From Octopus sinensis (Eukaryota): 64,000 nt of DNA. The translations under genes and the position numbers were made by a program. Positions within the stretch are counted from its first letter, which is position 1, and every line of letters starts with the position of its first letter. This document shows, piece by piece, positions 26,086 through 39,017 of the stretch. The stretch spans positions 20,274,001-20,338,000 of the forward strand of contig NC_043015.1 in assembly GCF_006345805.1 (NCBI RefSeq), written 5' to 3'. The notes below the pieces were generated by a model, which was not told the origin of the DNA, did not search any database, and saw nothing but the letters and a program-made list of their open reading frames with translations.

Positions 26086-26340
26086 TAGGCGTAGTGGTTA
26101 AGAGCGCGAGCTACTAACCCCAATATTCCGCGTTCGATTCCAAGCAGTGACCTTAACAATAATAATAATAATAATAATGATAATAATAACAATAATTAAT
26201 AACATCGAAAAATATCTTAGGAATGGGAACCCAGGTTCGAAATATCCTCAAGTCACCTGATGAAGGCTGGAGGGTATATCAGCCGAAACATTGTGTTAAC
26301 AACAAACAAGATGAGGAGAAATATCCGTCAAGTGTAAATA
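26086..26340 (+). mobile_element. SINE family H (third copy)
   Basis: GGCGTAGTGGTTAAGAGCGCGAGCTACTAACCCC...CGTTCGATTCC...CTGATGAAGGCTGGAGGGTATATCAGCCGAAACATTGTG. Confidence 0.85.
26253..26296 (+). ncRNA. hammerhead motif with ACGT palindrome mutated to ACAT
   Basis: TCAC-CTGATGA-A-GGCTG-gagggtatat-CAGCC-GAAA-CA-T-T-GTGT. Confidence 0.5.
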
Positions 26341-26574
26341 GGTTTCATATTGCTGAATTCAACATTACACAGTGTTTATGTAATGTGAGGGATGCGTATA
26401 TAATGTGCAAGTCACTTTCGGACAAAATTCATCAGGTGCTTCTATCATAAGTGAGTAGAGTATGATTTGAGGATATTTTTGCCTGTTATTTCTAGCAGAT
26501 GGCATATCCACGTAGATGCCCCCTGCATAGACTTGCTTGATCTCTCTATCATTAGGACTGATGAGGAATATAGC

Positions 26575-26945
26575 AAGCTGGCAAATTCAGCGGTATTTCT
26601 GTCTGCTCTGTATGTTCAAATCCCGCCGAAGCAACTCCACTTTTCATTCAAAACTGTCAAGTTTTGTGGTGATGTTATCGACTGACTCCTTCCCCTAAAT
26701 TTCCTGGCCTTGTGCTTAAATAGGAAACAAATTATTAAAGGCAGCGAGCTGGCAGAATCAGTAGAGCATCGGCAAAAATGCCCTGCGGTATTTTCGATGG
26801 CTCTTTACGTCGTGGGTTCAACTTTCGCCGAAGTTCATTTTGCATTTCATTCCTTCAAGGCCGATAAAATAAAGTAGCAGTCAAATACTTAGAACGGCGT
26901 TATTGTCTAATCCCTTTCCCTAAAATTGCTGGTCTTCTGCTAAAT
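26575..26945 (+). mobile_element. two tandem decayed SINE family B copies
   Basis: Second head AAGGCAGCGAGCTGGCAGAATCAGTAG at about 26738; first copy ends CCTGGCCTTGTGC. Confidence 0.65.
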
Positions 26946-27364
26946 TAGGGCTTATGTGTAACCCTTTTGATCATACCTATGATTAACCTCTTTTGATACC
27001 AAATCGGTCAGGGATTGCCCCTCGTTCTATGATAGAAATTTTCTATTTTTAAAACTTCCCATCAGAATTTTGGGTTAATTTATTTTCCAGACACCAGTAA
27101 ATTAAGTCTTTCAAGTTTTGGTAGAGGGCCGGCTATTTTAGAGGAGTTAGGGGTAGCACTTGATTGCCACTCAGTCATCGACCGAAGAAAGATGAAAGGC
27201 AAGTTGCCCTCGGCGTTATTTGCATTCATAACCTAAAGAAGAAGTACTGCTTCAAGAAGTACTACTTCAAACACTTATGTAAATAATGACAAATTTACTG
27301 TGATAAAGGCTCCACTATTTTCAAAATTAATTGAAAGAAGGGCAATGCATTTCAGTATAAATAT

Positions 27365-27730
27365 ACTAGGGACAGGCAAGGTTGGGTGGTTAAGAAGCTT
27401 GCTTTGCAAACAGTGAGGTATCGAGTTCTGCCCCAGTGCCCTGCGCCTTGGGCACTCTTCGACGAAAATTCCATGCCGACCAATGTCTCTTGAGTAGATT
27501 TGATAGACGGAAACTGAAAGAAGCCCGTCGTGTATGTATACATGTGTGTATGTTTGTGTTCCACCCATATGGCTTGACAGCTGGTGTTCGGTGGTTTATG
27601 CCTCCGTAACTTAGCGGTTAGGCAAAAGAGAACGATGTTTTAAGTACCTCACTCCAAAAAGAAAAAAAGGATGGTGGTGATTTATTCGATTAAACCCCTC
27701 GTGGTAGAATCCCAATATGGCCGCAAAAAG
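27365..27730 (+). mobile_element. SINE family A (decayed)
   Basis: GGTTAAGAAGCTTGCTTTGC...ACGGAAACTGAAAGAAGCCCGTCG...CCGTAACTTAGCGGTTAGGCAAAAGAG. Confidence 0.8.
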
Positions 27731-28150
27731 GTTAAAATTAGGACCATTAAAACGTTGCGTTCTCTCAAAACACGATCTTTTGAAAACTATATTATCTAAG
27801 AATTTATTTATCGTAAACATGGTTGCTATTTTCAGCAGATCAAATAGCCAGTTAGTGATGGAGTCTACTGCGATGTGGCGAGTAGCTCTGGCCGAACGCC
27901 ATGTCTAGAAACCGAGAAAGTGGTTTTGTAACGCTTCGCGTAGAAGAACGGAGCCTGGCTGCGATCACATGCGTTTCCATTTTGGGTAAAAATAATTGTT
28001 TATTGAATTAAACAAATAGGCAATATTGTTAATTACACCAGTAATTAACATTATTATTGATTGTGTTCTAAATTTGGAGGAAAGAAAAATGTCAATATTT
28101 TAATAAATGTGGAAATAGTAACAATGAAGAAACATTACATAATGTCCATT

Positions 28151-28185
<35 letters not shown>

Positions 28186-28188
28186 ACC

Positions 28189-28220
<32 letters not shown>

Positions 28221-28327
28221 TATATATATATATATACCTTGCACACAAATATGTATATATATATGTATCTATCGGTATAAGAGAATAAATCATATACGTA
28301 AGTATAGAAATGTCTAAACACAAGCGC

Positions 28328-28364
<37 letters not shown>

Positions 28365-28869
28365 ATATACACGTGCTCGCACACACACACACTACCAGTA
28401 GTACCTATTGTTGCTTAAGTTTAGAGATCCTGTCGGAAAAATGCCACACAGGCTATAACATTAATGTGGAAGATGGACATTTACAGTGGTGCAAAACGGA
28501 GCTCGCCAAGACAAATATGCGCATACATAAACAGTTACGTACATAGACACATACATTACACACATACACACACATACACGGATCCATATATAAGTACATA
28601 AATTATTAAAATGCTGAAAATCTCTATCTTTGGCCTCGAATGTTGACTAACTGGAAAGTATTGTAGTCTAGTAATACACAAGGCTGAAAAGAAGCCAAAG
28701 GTTAGCCGCTTTGCCAATTTCCCTGGTTGTAAGGTTTATTTTCCTGAAACCCACTGGCTACGGTACTAGCATACGGGAGCATGTTTGGCGCACTAGCTAG
28801 ACACAAGGCACGTTTTGCAGGCTTCGGACATTCTGTCTTCTCTAAGTATTTCAACCTGTAACCACGTAT

Positions 28870-29035
28870 GAATCGTTGGCGATTTTGTTCCTCCGTCTTC
28901 CTTTTCTATTGGACTTTCCTCTGTTTCTGAAGAAGAGCTCTGCTCGAAACGTTAAACCATCTTTCTTTCCTTCCCTGGGCGTCTGCTAATACTTTACATG
29001 TACCACATCCACCCGTTGTTATTTCTTTGTTTGAT
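28870..29035 (+). mobile_element. Penelope-type tail, family P2
   Basis: GTTGGCGATTTTGTTCCTCCGTCTTCC...CTGAAGAAGAGCTCTGCTCGAAACGTTAAACC; homologous to 50205-50415 (-) and 31095-31215 (-). Confidence 0.65.
28923..28957 (+). ncRNA. minimal type-I hammerhead motif, intact core
   Basis: Stem I GTTT/AAAC; core CTGAAGA 28927-28933; extra A; stem II GAGC/GCTC with TCT loop; GAAA 28946-28949; CG-T-T. Confidence 0.65.
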
Positions 29036-29060
29036 CTTCATTTTTTGGGGATTTACCTTA

Positions 29061-29101
<41 letters not shown>

Positions 29102-29258
29102 GGAAATTCACAAAAAAAAAGAAAAATACGAAGACAAATGGAGTAGAAAACAAACAGATGTATTAGTATAACGCTCGGGAACTGAAAAAAATCTTTAACG
29201 TTTCGAGACTACAGAAAGAAACAGGGAGAGAATATATACATGCATATATATATCTATA

Positions 29259-29310
<52 letters not shown>

Positions 29311-29454
29311 TGTGAAATAGAAAGATGAATAATCTTGTAGTAGATTAATCAAAAGTTTACCGATACCTTAGTAGCAAAAATCACAGCATAACAGCACGGT
29401 TGGAGGTACAACCATCTGGCGTTGCAACCGTGCGTTGGTGCGGATAATTGAAAT

Positions 29455-29920
29455 TAAAACATTATTGGTGAATTGAAGAAATGGAGCTGAACGCAGATTG
29501 AACAGAAATCGTTTTATTTCATTCTACACGTGTTTCGAAAGGCACAAATTACCAAAATCCGATTGAATAATGGGACCATATTGTGTCTTTCTCTTCAGGA
29601 AGAAAAAAGGAAATCCGTTGGAAAAACAAAAACAGAACAGAGGCGGAGCAAAAACAAATCGAACTATGCTCCTAAGAGCCCATGGCGAAGAGTTCGCCAT
29701 GGGCTCTTTAGCATAGTTCGATTTGTTTTTGCTCCGCCTCTGTTCTGTTTTTGTTTTTCCAACGGATTTCCTTTTTTCTTCCTGAAGAAAGACACAATAT
29801 GGTCCCATTATTCAATCGGATTTTGGTAATTGTCCTTTCGAACACGTGTAGAATGAAATAAAACGATTTCTGTTCAATCTGCGTTCAGCTCCATTTCTTC
29901 AATTCACCAATAATGTTTTA
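29455..29920. repeat. long fold-back palindrome (arms about 230 bp, 3-nt spacer)
   Basis: Centre ...CCATGGCGAA-GAG-TTCGCCATGG... at 29690-29692; ORFs 29524-29808(-) and 29530-29829(+) are near-identical. Confidence 0.95.
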
Positions 29921-30562
29921 TATATATATATATATATAATCAAAATAAGCAACAACGATATCCAAGGTATTAAAGCATTACATCAGTTTTAAAATGTCAA
30001 GCAATCTTCAGCCACATATAGAATTTTAAAATTAAATATGACAATGTACATTTTTTTATACTTATTCCATTTGCCAACATTGCAAAGAGGGTAGATATAT
30101 AGACGGAGGTTAATTTCATTATTAAGAACATGGTGGTAGAATGTCCTTCCCCATGTGCAGAGTTTTTATCACTGAGTTCACTTTGTTATTTAGATTTATT
30201 AATGGGAAGGGGATTTTTTATTTGGTTCAATGAAGACAAACAAGAATTTTCCCTATTTATAGATTGAAGAAGGGGTAGTACAAATGTCAAAGCCATAAAT
30301 CCACCCCCATTACGAGGAATTTAACTTTGGCATATTTGAATGTATTTTAGCTAAAGCTAGTAGGCTGAAGCTAGTGGGGTAGGGAGAATAGAGACTACTA
30401 ATGCTCTAGAGATGTCTAATGTCCTTAACTATTTAACAGCCATCATTCTGCTTGCGATTTTAAATAAATATCCTATAGATAGTTTTTCCAAAGGATTCAA
30501 TAAATGTTAGTATCTTATATAGGGATGGAGAATATATAAATCACTTCATATTTATATATATA

Positions 30563-30958
30563 CTAGCAGTATCGCCCGGCGTTGCTCGGGTTTGTAAGGG
30601 AAATAACTATATAAGCATTTTTAGAGAGTTATAGCCAAAAAATAGCAAAAAAATGCATTAAAAATGGAAAAAAAATGATGGTACATTTTAAAAAAAATCG
30701 TTGACTCATCGTAGACATTTTTAGAGAGTTACTTCCCTTATATAATAGCGAAAAAATGCACTAAAATGGAAAAAAATGATGGTAATTTTTTTAAAATCGT
30801 AGACTCATCGTAGACGCGCGCTAATACTCAGAAGGGCTCGATATGAATCACGACTATAAGATACCCGGTGTTGGTTAAACTGCACCGCAAAATGTGGGAG
30901 TAGTTAGGAATCTAAATCGTAGGAGACAGACACACAACTTCTCTTTTATATATAAAGA
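30563..30958 (-). mobile_element. non-autonomous Helitron (396 bp)
   Basis: Minus strand A|TC 5' end at 30958; subterminal hairpin CCCGAGCAACGCCGGG then CTAG|T 3' end at 30563; no TSD. Confidence 0.8.
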
Positions 30959-31094
30959 TATATCAATTTCTATTAATATAGATTTATAGTTAGTTAGTAA
31001 ATAGTGATATATTTTTATTAATGAGTTAAATTAAAGGAATATGCTAGACATAATATTTATTACCTGTAATATGTATGTATATATATATATATAT

Positions 31095-31215
31095 ATATAT
31101 AAAGTTAATCCAAACAAGAAAGCACAAACACAACAACGCGAGGACGTGGAACAAATATAGTATTATTGGACGCTCAGGAAAGGAGTATATATATATACTA
31201 ACTGAGTATCCTGAT
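31095..31215 (-). mobile_element. Penelope-type tail family P2, 3' portion only
   Basis: AGTTAATCCAAACAAGAAAGCACAAA...CGCGAGGACGTGGAACAAATATAGTATTATTGGACGCTCAGGAAAG shared with 50211-50293. Confidence 0.75.
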
Positions 31216-31329
31216 AATTTTCACAATGGAATGCCTTTATTTCAATGCTTTCATTCCATGTTAAATCATGTCGAATTTGATTAGGATGGGTTCCTGGATT
31301 ATCAAGGGCAATTTATAATGCCTCGATTA

Positions 31330-31560
31330 ACGAACTGTTTCGTTTTCCCACTTGGTGCATAGATGTACAGATTTTCCTTACTTCCTACCCTTGAACAACC
31401 AATGTAAAGCTGACGATGGGCGAAGCAGAGCTCTTCAAGGTGTAAGCCGACAACCGTAAATGTTTGCCCTTGGGATTTCTTGATAGTCGTGGCAAAACTA
31501 AGACTCACCTGAAATTGTAGTTGTTTGAATTGGAATGAGACGTCATGTCCTGAGTCTGTG
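31330..31560 (-). mobile_element. Helitron RepHel PIF1-type helicase C-terminal fragment
   Basis: DVSFQFKQLQFQVSLSFATTIKKSQGQTFTVVGLHLEELCFAHRQLYIGCSRVGSKENLYIY matches the FPVxLAFAMTINKSQGQT...FSHGQLYVACSRV motifs. Confidence 0.88.
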
Positions 31561-32234
31561 CTTCGGAGATTCTATCAGTCTATGCATGGGTACCTCTTGA
31601 GAACGTGTGACGGAAGCTCGTGTTCGCAAATCACCAAGTTTATTCCTTTTCCGCTTTGATGTTTTCTGATCTTACTGCTGAAGATTTGTGAGCTTCTTTC
31701 GATTTATGATGCCCTAATGAAATTGCTTGCTCTCTCTCTCTCTCACACACACACGTATATTCACTCAAGTAATCGCCAGTTTAAGACGGCGGCTTCTAAA
31801 GAGAGTCAATGCTGGCGATCTGGAAGCTGAGTTATTTCTCCTAGAAAATATGTTTTTAGATTACTAATATCCAGAAATTTTCTCCTTGGGACGCAAATTT
31901 CGAAAATTAGATCCGTTTTTCTCTAGACTGCACCCTTTCGGAGCATTTTCGTGACATACACACATACACGCGCGTTTATATAGTAAATATATATTTGAAA
32001 TACCATCTTATTCCTTCACCCAATGCAATAGGGTAGATACTCTAAGAGGGTAGACTCTCTGTTAGTAAAACTGGAACAAAATAATTTTTTTTCTTTTGCG
32101 TAAGATAATCCGCTTAAAAATTATATTTTTACGGATCTCCGTCACAGACGCTCGGTCGCTTCTATAACAACAACTCTAATATGAATGTTTCATTACAAAA
32201 TTTTAAATACCACAACCATCATCACAACTACTAC

Positions 32235-32284
<50 letters not shown>

Positions 32285-33112
32285 AAATGTAATAATAAAT
32301 TTAAATAATAATTTGTAGTAATAAATAATAATACTATGATGAAGTAGAGAAATGGTTATTTTCGTTGTGGATTAATTCTTAATTAAAGAAGCGGCGACGA
32401 AAGACGTTTTGTAAGAGCTAAGGAAAACAGACTCAATAGAAGGAGAAAAAAAATCAACCTAATCTGTCTGCATGGGGAGATAATCCGATATGCTAAGTGG
32501 ATAGAAAACATTCCTAGTTATTTTAGTAAGTTAGGTGGAAGGGGTGAGTAGGGCGGAAGTTGGGATTAGGTTTGGGTTATGTCAGTCGTTTATTGAATTA
32601 TGTGCACTGCGAGTTTTGTTTTATTTTACTTCTTTGGAATTCTTTGAGATACTTAAAACTATGTCAGCATGGCTAAGAGGGATAAATCATTAGAATTCGG
32701 ACCCACGTTAATGCTTGTTTAATTCCACTTGAAATAAATGAATAATTAAAAACAAAAACAAAAAAAGCCAAACAAACAAAGAGAACAAACGAAGAATATA
32801 AACAGAGGATTTCTTTTCATTTCCTTTTGGTTAATTCTTCTGAGAAATTACAAAGAAATTCTCCATATGGTTCATGTTTTATAGCTGGTTTTTCTTAGTC
32901 TTAAGCAGATTATGAAAGAAAAAAAAATCTATGCTTCCTGCTGCAGCTTTCCTCACCATATTCCACTTCTGTAGGAAGTTATTTGCAAGTTAACTAAACC
33001 ATCCTAAACGCAACGAAGCACACCAACTCCGCAGTGCTGCCGCTACCTAAATCTATTATTATTATTATTACTACTACTACTACTACTACTGCCTTGTGCC
33101 TAGAGTAGAAAA

Positions 33113-33176
33113 GGTTTTTCTTCTTCTTCTTCTTCTTCTTCTTCTTCTTCTTCTTCTTCTTCTTCTTCTTCTTCTT

Positions 33177-33220
<44 letters not shown>
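33113..33220. repeat. (CTT)n-(TCTG)n compound microsatellite
   Basis: Direct reading. Confidence 0.95.
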
Positions 33221-33221
<1 letters not shown>

Positions 33222-33796
33222 GTGTATATGAGATTGGAAGAGAGAGACATATTTTCTTGATTTCAGAATTCAGTTCCACAGTTTCGTATCCGTGTGGTTA
33301 GGAAAAAAAAACCCTTTGACGGACTAGCTGATGAAACGGATCCCTCACGGAATCTGTATACCTTGATGTGATTCGTTGTTTTGTTGTTTTTCAGTTTTAA
33401 TTTCCACAGCTGGCTCCCTGTACTTCAGATCTTCACGTTTAATCTTATTGATATGTTTTATAAAGTGTGGAAACTTACAACTTATTTTCATGTCGACGCA
33501 TAGCTCTGAATGAGTGTATGAGAGTGTGTTCAAGTGTTGACTTGATGAGATTTTGGGTGCTACTAGTAACATGTTACTCATTACAATCTACCACATGGAT
33601 TGCTATTTGTGTAACTATACAGGCATCCGTACCAGGCGAGTCAGCTGAGGAGAAATGCTGGCGTCTGTCAAACGGTTGTTTCTATTGTTTAGTATCTAGG
33701 AATTGTAATGGAGGTGGATATCATGTAGGTTTTCCAATTATTACCTGTTGGAAATTTTCGCACTGTACGCTCGTGCGTATAATATAAATGTATATG

Positions 33797-33856
<60 letters not shown>

Positions 33857-34102
33857 GCATATACATATGCATATTGCATACATATACATACTGCATAACA
33901 TATGCATAAAGGCATATATACGTATATAGAAACATAGATATACGTTTACGCATATATATATATATGTATATATGCACACATAGCTTATATACATGTATAC
34001 ACACTCACGTTTATATGTAAATATATGTATATATATATTTTTTATTTATTCATTTTTATTTATCTAGTTTCAGCTTACAAGCTGTGACCATGCTGGGGCA
34101 CC

Positions 34103-34147
<45 letters not shown>

Positions 34148-34371
34148 TTATATAAACATACATACCTCTATAGGCATACATATATAGATATATTTTTACA
34201 TACGTACACACACACACGCACATGCATATTCATATGTATGTGTATCACACGCACACACATGCAGACATATACCATCAGATCGTAATTAGAGATAGTCTCA
34301 TATACACACACACATAAGTACAGCTCAGATAATTATAGAGTGAAAAACAAGATACTGAGAAGCAGAAGTAG

Positions 34372-34430
<59 letters not shown>

Positions 34431-34914
34431 AAGATAGATAGGAAGACAGATAGGGAGAGATTGAGAGTGAGATGAATAGATAAGACAGAGAGCGGGAGAA
34501 ATTCCTATAAGAAAATATATTTACACTAAGAGCTTTAGCATGGCTGACAAGCAAGACATATTATTTAGTGTCTTTGTATCTACCACCTGAAATATCTGTG
34601 AACGGTTTCTCATTCGTGCGTAAACACGGACTGGTATTCTTGCTCCACCAATCAATGCTTAGCTCCTCAACAATAAGATGGCGGCCATTATCAAGATGTC
34701 CTCTTTTTCAACGATGACAGCTTTTGTATACGGACTAACATACTGAACTCTCATTATTTAGGCATTCATGCGCGTATACAAATTAGTATACGCGCACGAA
34801 TCTATATGTAACTATACTATCGCACGCACACACACACGTATATACGTATATGCCAGGCATTTATATATATATACTTTATATGTATATATATATATATATT
34901 TATGTGTTTGGTGT

Positions 34915-34967
<53 letters not shown>

Positions 34968-35560
34968 GCATATATATATATACATATGTATATATGTATA
35001 TTATATGTATGCATGTATTTATGCGTGTATATATATGTTTATGTGTGTGCATATATATGTATATATAAAATATATATATATAATGTACAAGTTGGCATAT
35101 ACAAAATTATACATCTATCTATGACACGGATAAAGAGGGGGGAAAGAGACCAATATGCGCACATGCTTAACTATATTGAGAAATGTTCTATGTTCGTGGT
35201 ACGAATAACAATAATAATGAGCAGGCGTGTGTTTACGCCTACAAACGTGAGTATGTATATATGAACATACATATATATAATACATAAACATACGCACATA
35301 TAATACATATATATATACGTACCTATAATACATATACACATTTATACACACATGCACTTATGCAAATATGATACATCTACACACACACATAGACTAAAAT
35401 GTGTTTACATTTTTATATATGTATATACATATACTCATATATTTATATATATAGGTGTATATTTATACATACACACACACATATAAATGTAATATATATT
35501 ATATATATATATATTAATATAATACACACATATATATGTATAGGCACACACACACCACAC

Positions 35561-35592
<32 letters not shown>

Positions 35593-36033
35593 TATAAATT
35601 TATTTATAACCTTGTAAAATTTCTAAATATTACCTCACATGTAATCGACCATAGGCATTCTTATTCTTTTACCCGATCCCGACAAGGATTATTTGCATTT
35701 AGAAGAGCCATATATATATATATAGTTGATCGAGTGCTGTTCAACTTGTTGAATCATTACTACATAAAATATATATACATATATAAATATAAATATTATA
35801 TATATAGTATATATATAATATATATGTTATATATATATATATATATATATACTAGGTATATATATATATGTATGTGTATATATAGTATATATATATATGT
35901 ATATGTATATATATATGTATGTATATATACATATATATATGTCCATACGTATATAAATATATGTATATATGTCTATAAGCATGACAAAGATGTTTTGCGT
36001 TCTTGTCATATTTTGTAATTTTGTATTATATTT

Positions 36034-36066
<33 letters not shown>

Positions 36067-36169
36067 TATATATATATATATATATAGCGGCGTAGTACAC
36101 CTTGTTCTCTTATATGTAAGTACACATTTTATATATACATATATATATGTGTGCGTGTGTATATATATA

Positions 36170-36765
36170 TATACTCCCTCCCCTCATCTCATCTCATCAC
36201 TGCCTCTGCCCTCACCCTCCTCTTCTCCTCCCCTCCTCTCTCTTCTCTCCCCTTCTCACTCTCTCCACAACCCCCAGCTGAACCCACACCCCACATGGGC
36301 TTTCCCCACTCTCGCCCCCCACCTCCCCACAACGTCACACCACACTACACTACACCATATGACATTACACATCACATCACAATACACCACCCACAGCACA
36401 CCGCCCACATTACACATCACATCACAACACAGCACCCACAGAAAACCACCCCCACATACATCCCCACATCTTTACACCTACACATACATACACATATCAT
36501 ATCACAACACACCACCTACACATACATACATACATCACACGTCCAGACCACTAGCCCTCTTTCACACGTACATACATACTCTCTTATACACACACGCACT
36601 ATCCCTCTAGCGTCTAACGTCTGACCTCTGACCTCTGAAGTCAGAACGCCATGATGGACCGTTAGCTCCTACATGCATTTTTTTTCTCTCCTTGTTTCTC
36701 TCCTTGTTTCTTTTCTGTGTATCTTTCTGTCGAAGAGTGTAGGCTCGAAACGTAAAAGACTTGTT
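36170..36765 (+). mobile_element. repeat family E copy
   Basis: CA-rich body, anchor CGCCATGATGGACCGTT (cf. 10847-10863), tail CTGTCGAAGAGTGTAGGCTCGAAACGTAAAAGAC. Confidence 0.6.
36722..36759 (+). ncRNA. hammerhead-like motif with non-canonical core CTGTCGA
   Basis: Stem I TCTTT/AAAGA; core CTGTCGA 36727-36733; extra A; stem II GAGT/GCTC; GAAA; CG-T-A. Confidence 0.5.
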
Positions 36766-36782
36766 CTATATATATATATATA

Positions 36783-37192
36783 TAGGAGTGGCTGTGTGGT
36801 AAGTAGCTTGCTAAACAACCACATGGTTCCGGGTTCAGTCCCATTGCCTGGCATCTTAGGCAAGTGTCTTCTGCTATAGCCTCGGGCCAACCAAAGCCTT
36901 GTGAGTGGATTTGGTAGACGGAAACTGAAAGAAGTCTGTCGTATATATGTATATATATATGTATGTGTGTGTATGTGTTTGTGTGTCTAGGTTTGTCCCC
37001 CCAACATCGCTTGGCAACCGATGCTGGTGTGTTTACGTCCCCGTCACTTACCGGTTCGGCAAAAGAGACCGATAGAATAAGTACTGGGCTTACAAAGAAT
37101 AAGTCCCGGGGTCGAGTTGCTCGACTAAAGGCGGTGCTCCAGCATGGCCGCAGTCAAATGACTGAAACAGGTAAAAGAGTAAAAGAGTAAGA

Positions 37193-37195
<3 letters not shown>
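36783..37195 (+). mobile_element. SINE family A, full length, young-looking
   Basis: GGCTGTGTGGTAAGTAGCTTGC...GGGTTCAGTCCC...GGCGGTGCTCCAGCATGGCCGCAGTCAAATGACTGAAAC plus (TAAAAGAG)n tail. Confidence 0.9.
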
Positions 37196-37227
<32 letters not shown>

Positions 37228-37247
37228 CATATATATATGTATGTTGA

Positions 37248-37527
37248 GACACGTAGCCTAGTGGTTAGAGCAGCGAACTCACGGGTTCGAGCCTCAGACC
37301 AGACGATGTGTGTGTTCATGAGCGAAACACCTAAGCTTCACGCGGCTCCGGCAGAAGGTAATGCCGAACGTCTGCTGACTCTTCTGCCACAACTTCTCTC
37401 ACCCTTTCCTCCTGCATCTTGCAGCTCACCTGCAACGGACCGGCGTCCCGTCCAGGTGGGGAACCTATACGCCAGGAAACCGGGAAACCGGTCCTATGAG
37501 CCAGGCCTGGTTGAGAAGGAACAAACA
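37248..37527 (+). mobile_element. tRNA-derived SINE family D
   Basis: GTAGCCTAGTGGTTAGAGCAGCG (A box) ...GGGTTCGAGCCTC (B box), GC-rich body ending GAAGGAACAAAC before (TA)n. Confidence 0.65.
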
Positions 37528-37558
37528 TATATATATGTGTATTATATATATATTATAT

Positions 37559-37614
<56 letters not shown>

Positions 37615-37799
37615 TATATACGTATGTATATGTATATATGTATATATATATATACAAATGTATATATTTATATATATGTATATAGATATGTGTTATATTG
37701 TGTGCATATATTTATATAGTTATGTTTATATACATATATATTTATGTATACATATATATGTATATATAGGTATATATATGCATAAACATAAGTATATAC

Positions 37800-37845
<46 letters not shown>

Positions 37846-38246
37846 GTATATGTATATACATATATAGTATAATATATGCATATATGTTATAATATGTATA
37901 TATATATATATGTATATATTTATGTATATATGTATATGTATATATACATGTGTACGTACATATATATATAAACCCATACATGCATATAGATATAGCTATA
38001 TATATCATTCTTTGATATTAGTCCAAATTCATAAGACTAAATTTTGACCTAGATATGCCTATTATTCTTACCTGCGATAGTACCTTCGAACATCTCTCCC
38101 TCGTTGGTTTATTCGTACGTAAGCATGACAATGCGATGTTATTTGAGGAGTGTTTTCATTATTACGTTTCACCGTTTCAAGAAATGTATAAAGGTCATCT
38201 TCCATTGACATTAGACACACACACACACACACACACACCACACACA

Positions 38247-38286
<40 letters not shown>

Positions 38287-39017
38287 GTGATTTTGCGGGC
38301 GATTTGATTGCTATATCTAACAGTTCAAGAACCCATACATGTTACACATATACATACATTTATTCGAGGCAATGCTACCAATATTATCATATACTACAGA
38401 TATGTACATATATGTGTACATATATACGAATATATATGTATATGCGTGTATGCTTGTGTGTGTGGGTATATGCATATATCTGTGTATATATTTACATACT
38501 TATGTTTATATATGAGCATATATGTGTGTATATATACATATTATATATATGTGTGTGTTTATATGCATATATACATGTATCTATATATATATATATATAT
38601 CATACAAGTGAATAATTGAGGTATGTTTAACATTTGTTAATCACGTATTTGTTATATGCATCTGATTGCACCAGCGTCCAAGCAATTGACTCTTTATCGC
38701 ATTTGCATGAGAGAGATCGATAGGGATCAATATTGACTGGTCGATTCATTGATCACCATCTGCATAAGTTTACCACTAGTTTTAAGTCTGGCAATGGATG
38801 TAGTGAATTGTGATAGATCAAGGACTTCACTAAACACACACATGCATATAAGCATATATATGTTGATACATATGTAGAAACACACATATATACATATGTG
38901 TTTACACATAAGTGTATATATATGTATATATAAATATGTATGAGCAAAAGTTAGGTTAGGTTATATATTATATTATATATATATATATATAATATATATA
39001 TATAGCAAGCATATATA

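Noticed and set aside
33400-33470. Strong plus-strand acceptor followed by AGSLYFR
   Set aside because: No convincing donor and no further domain similarity.
38071-38110. Minus-strand donor CGCAG|GTAAGA with GEMFEGTIA
   Set aside because: A stop lies just upstream in that frame and there is no polypyrimidine acceptor.
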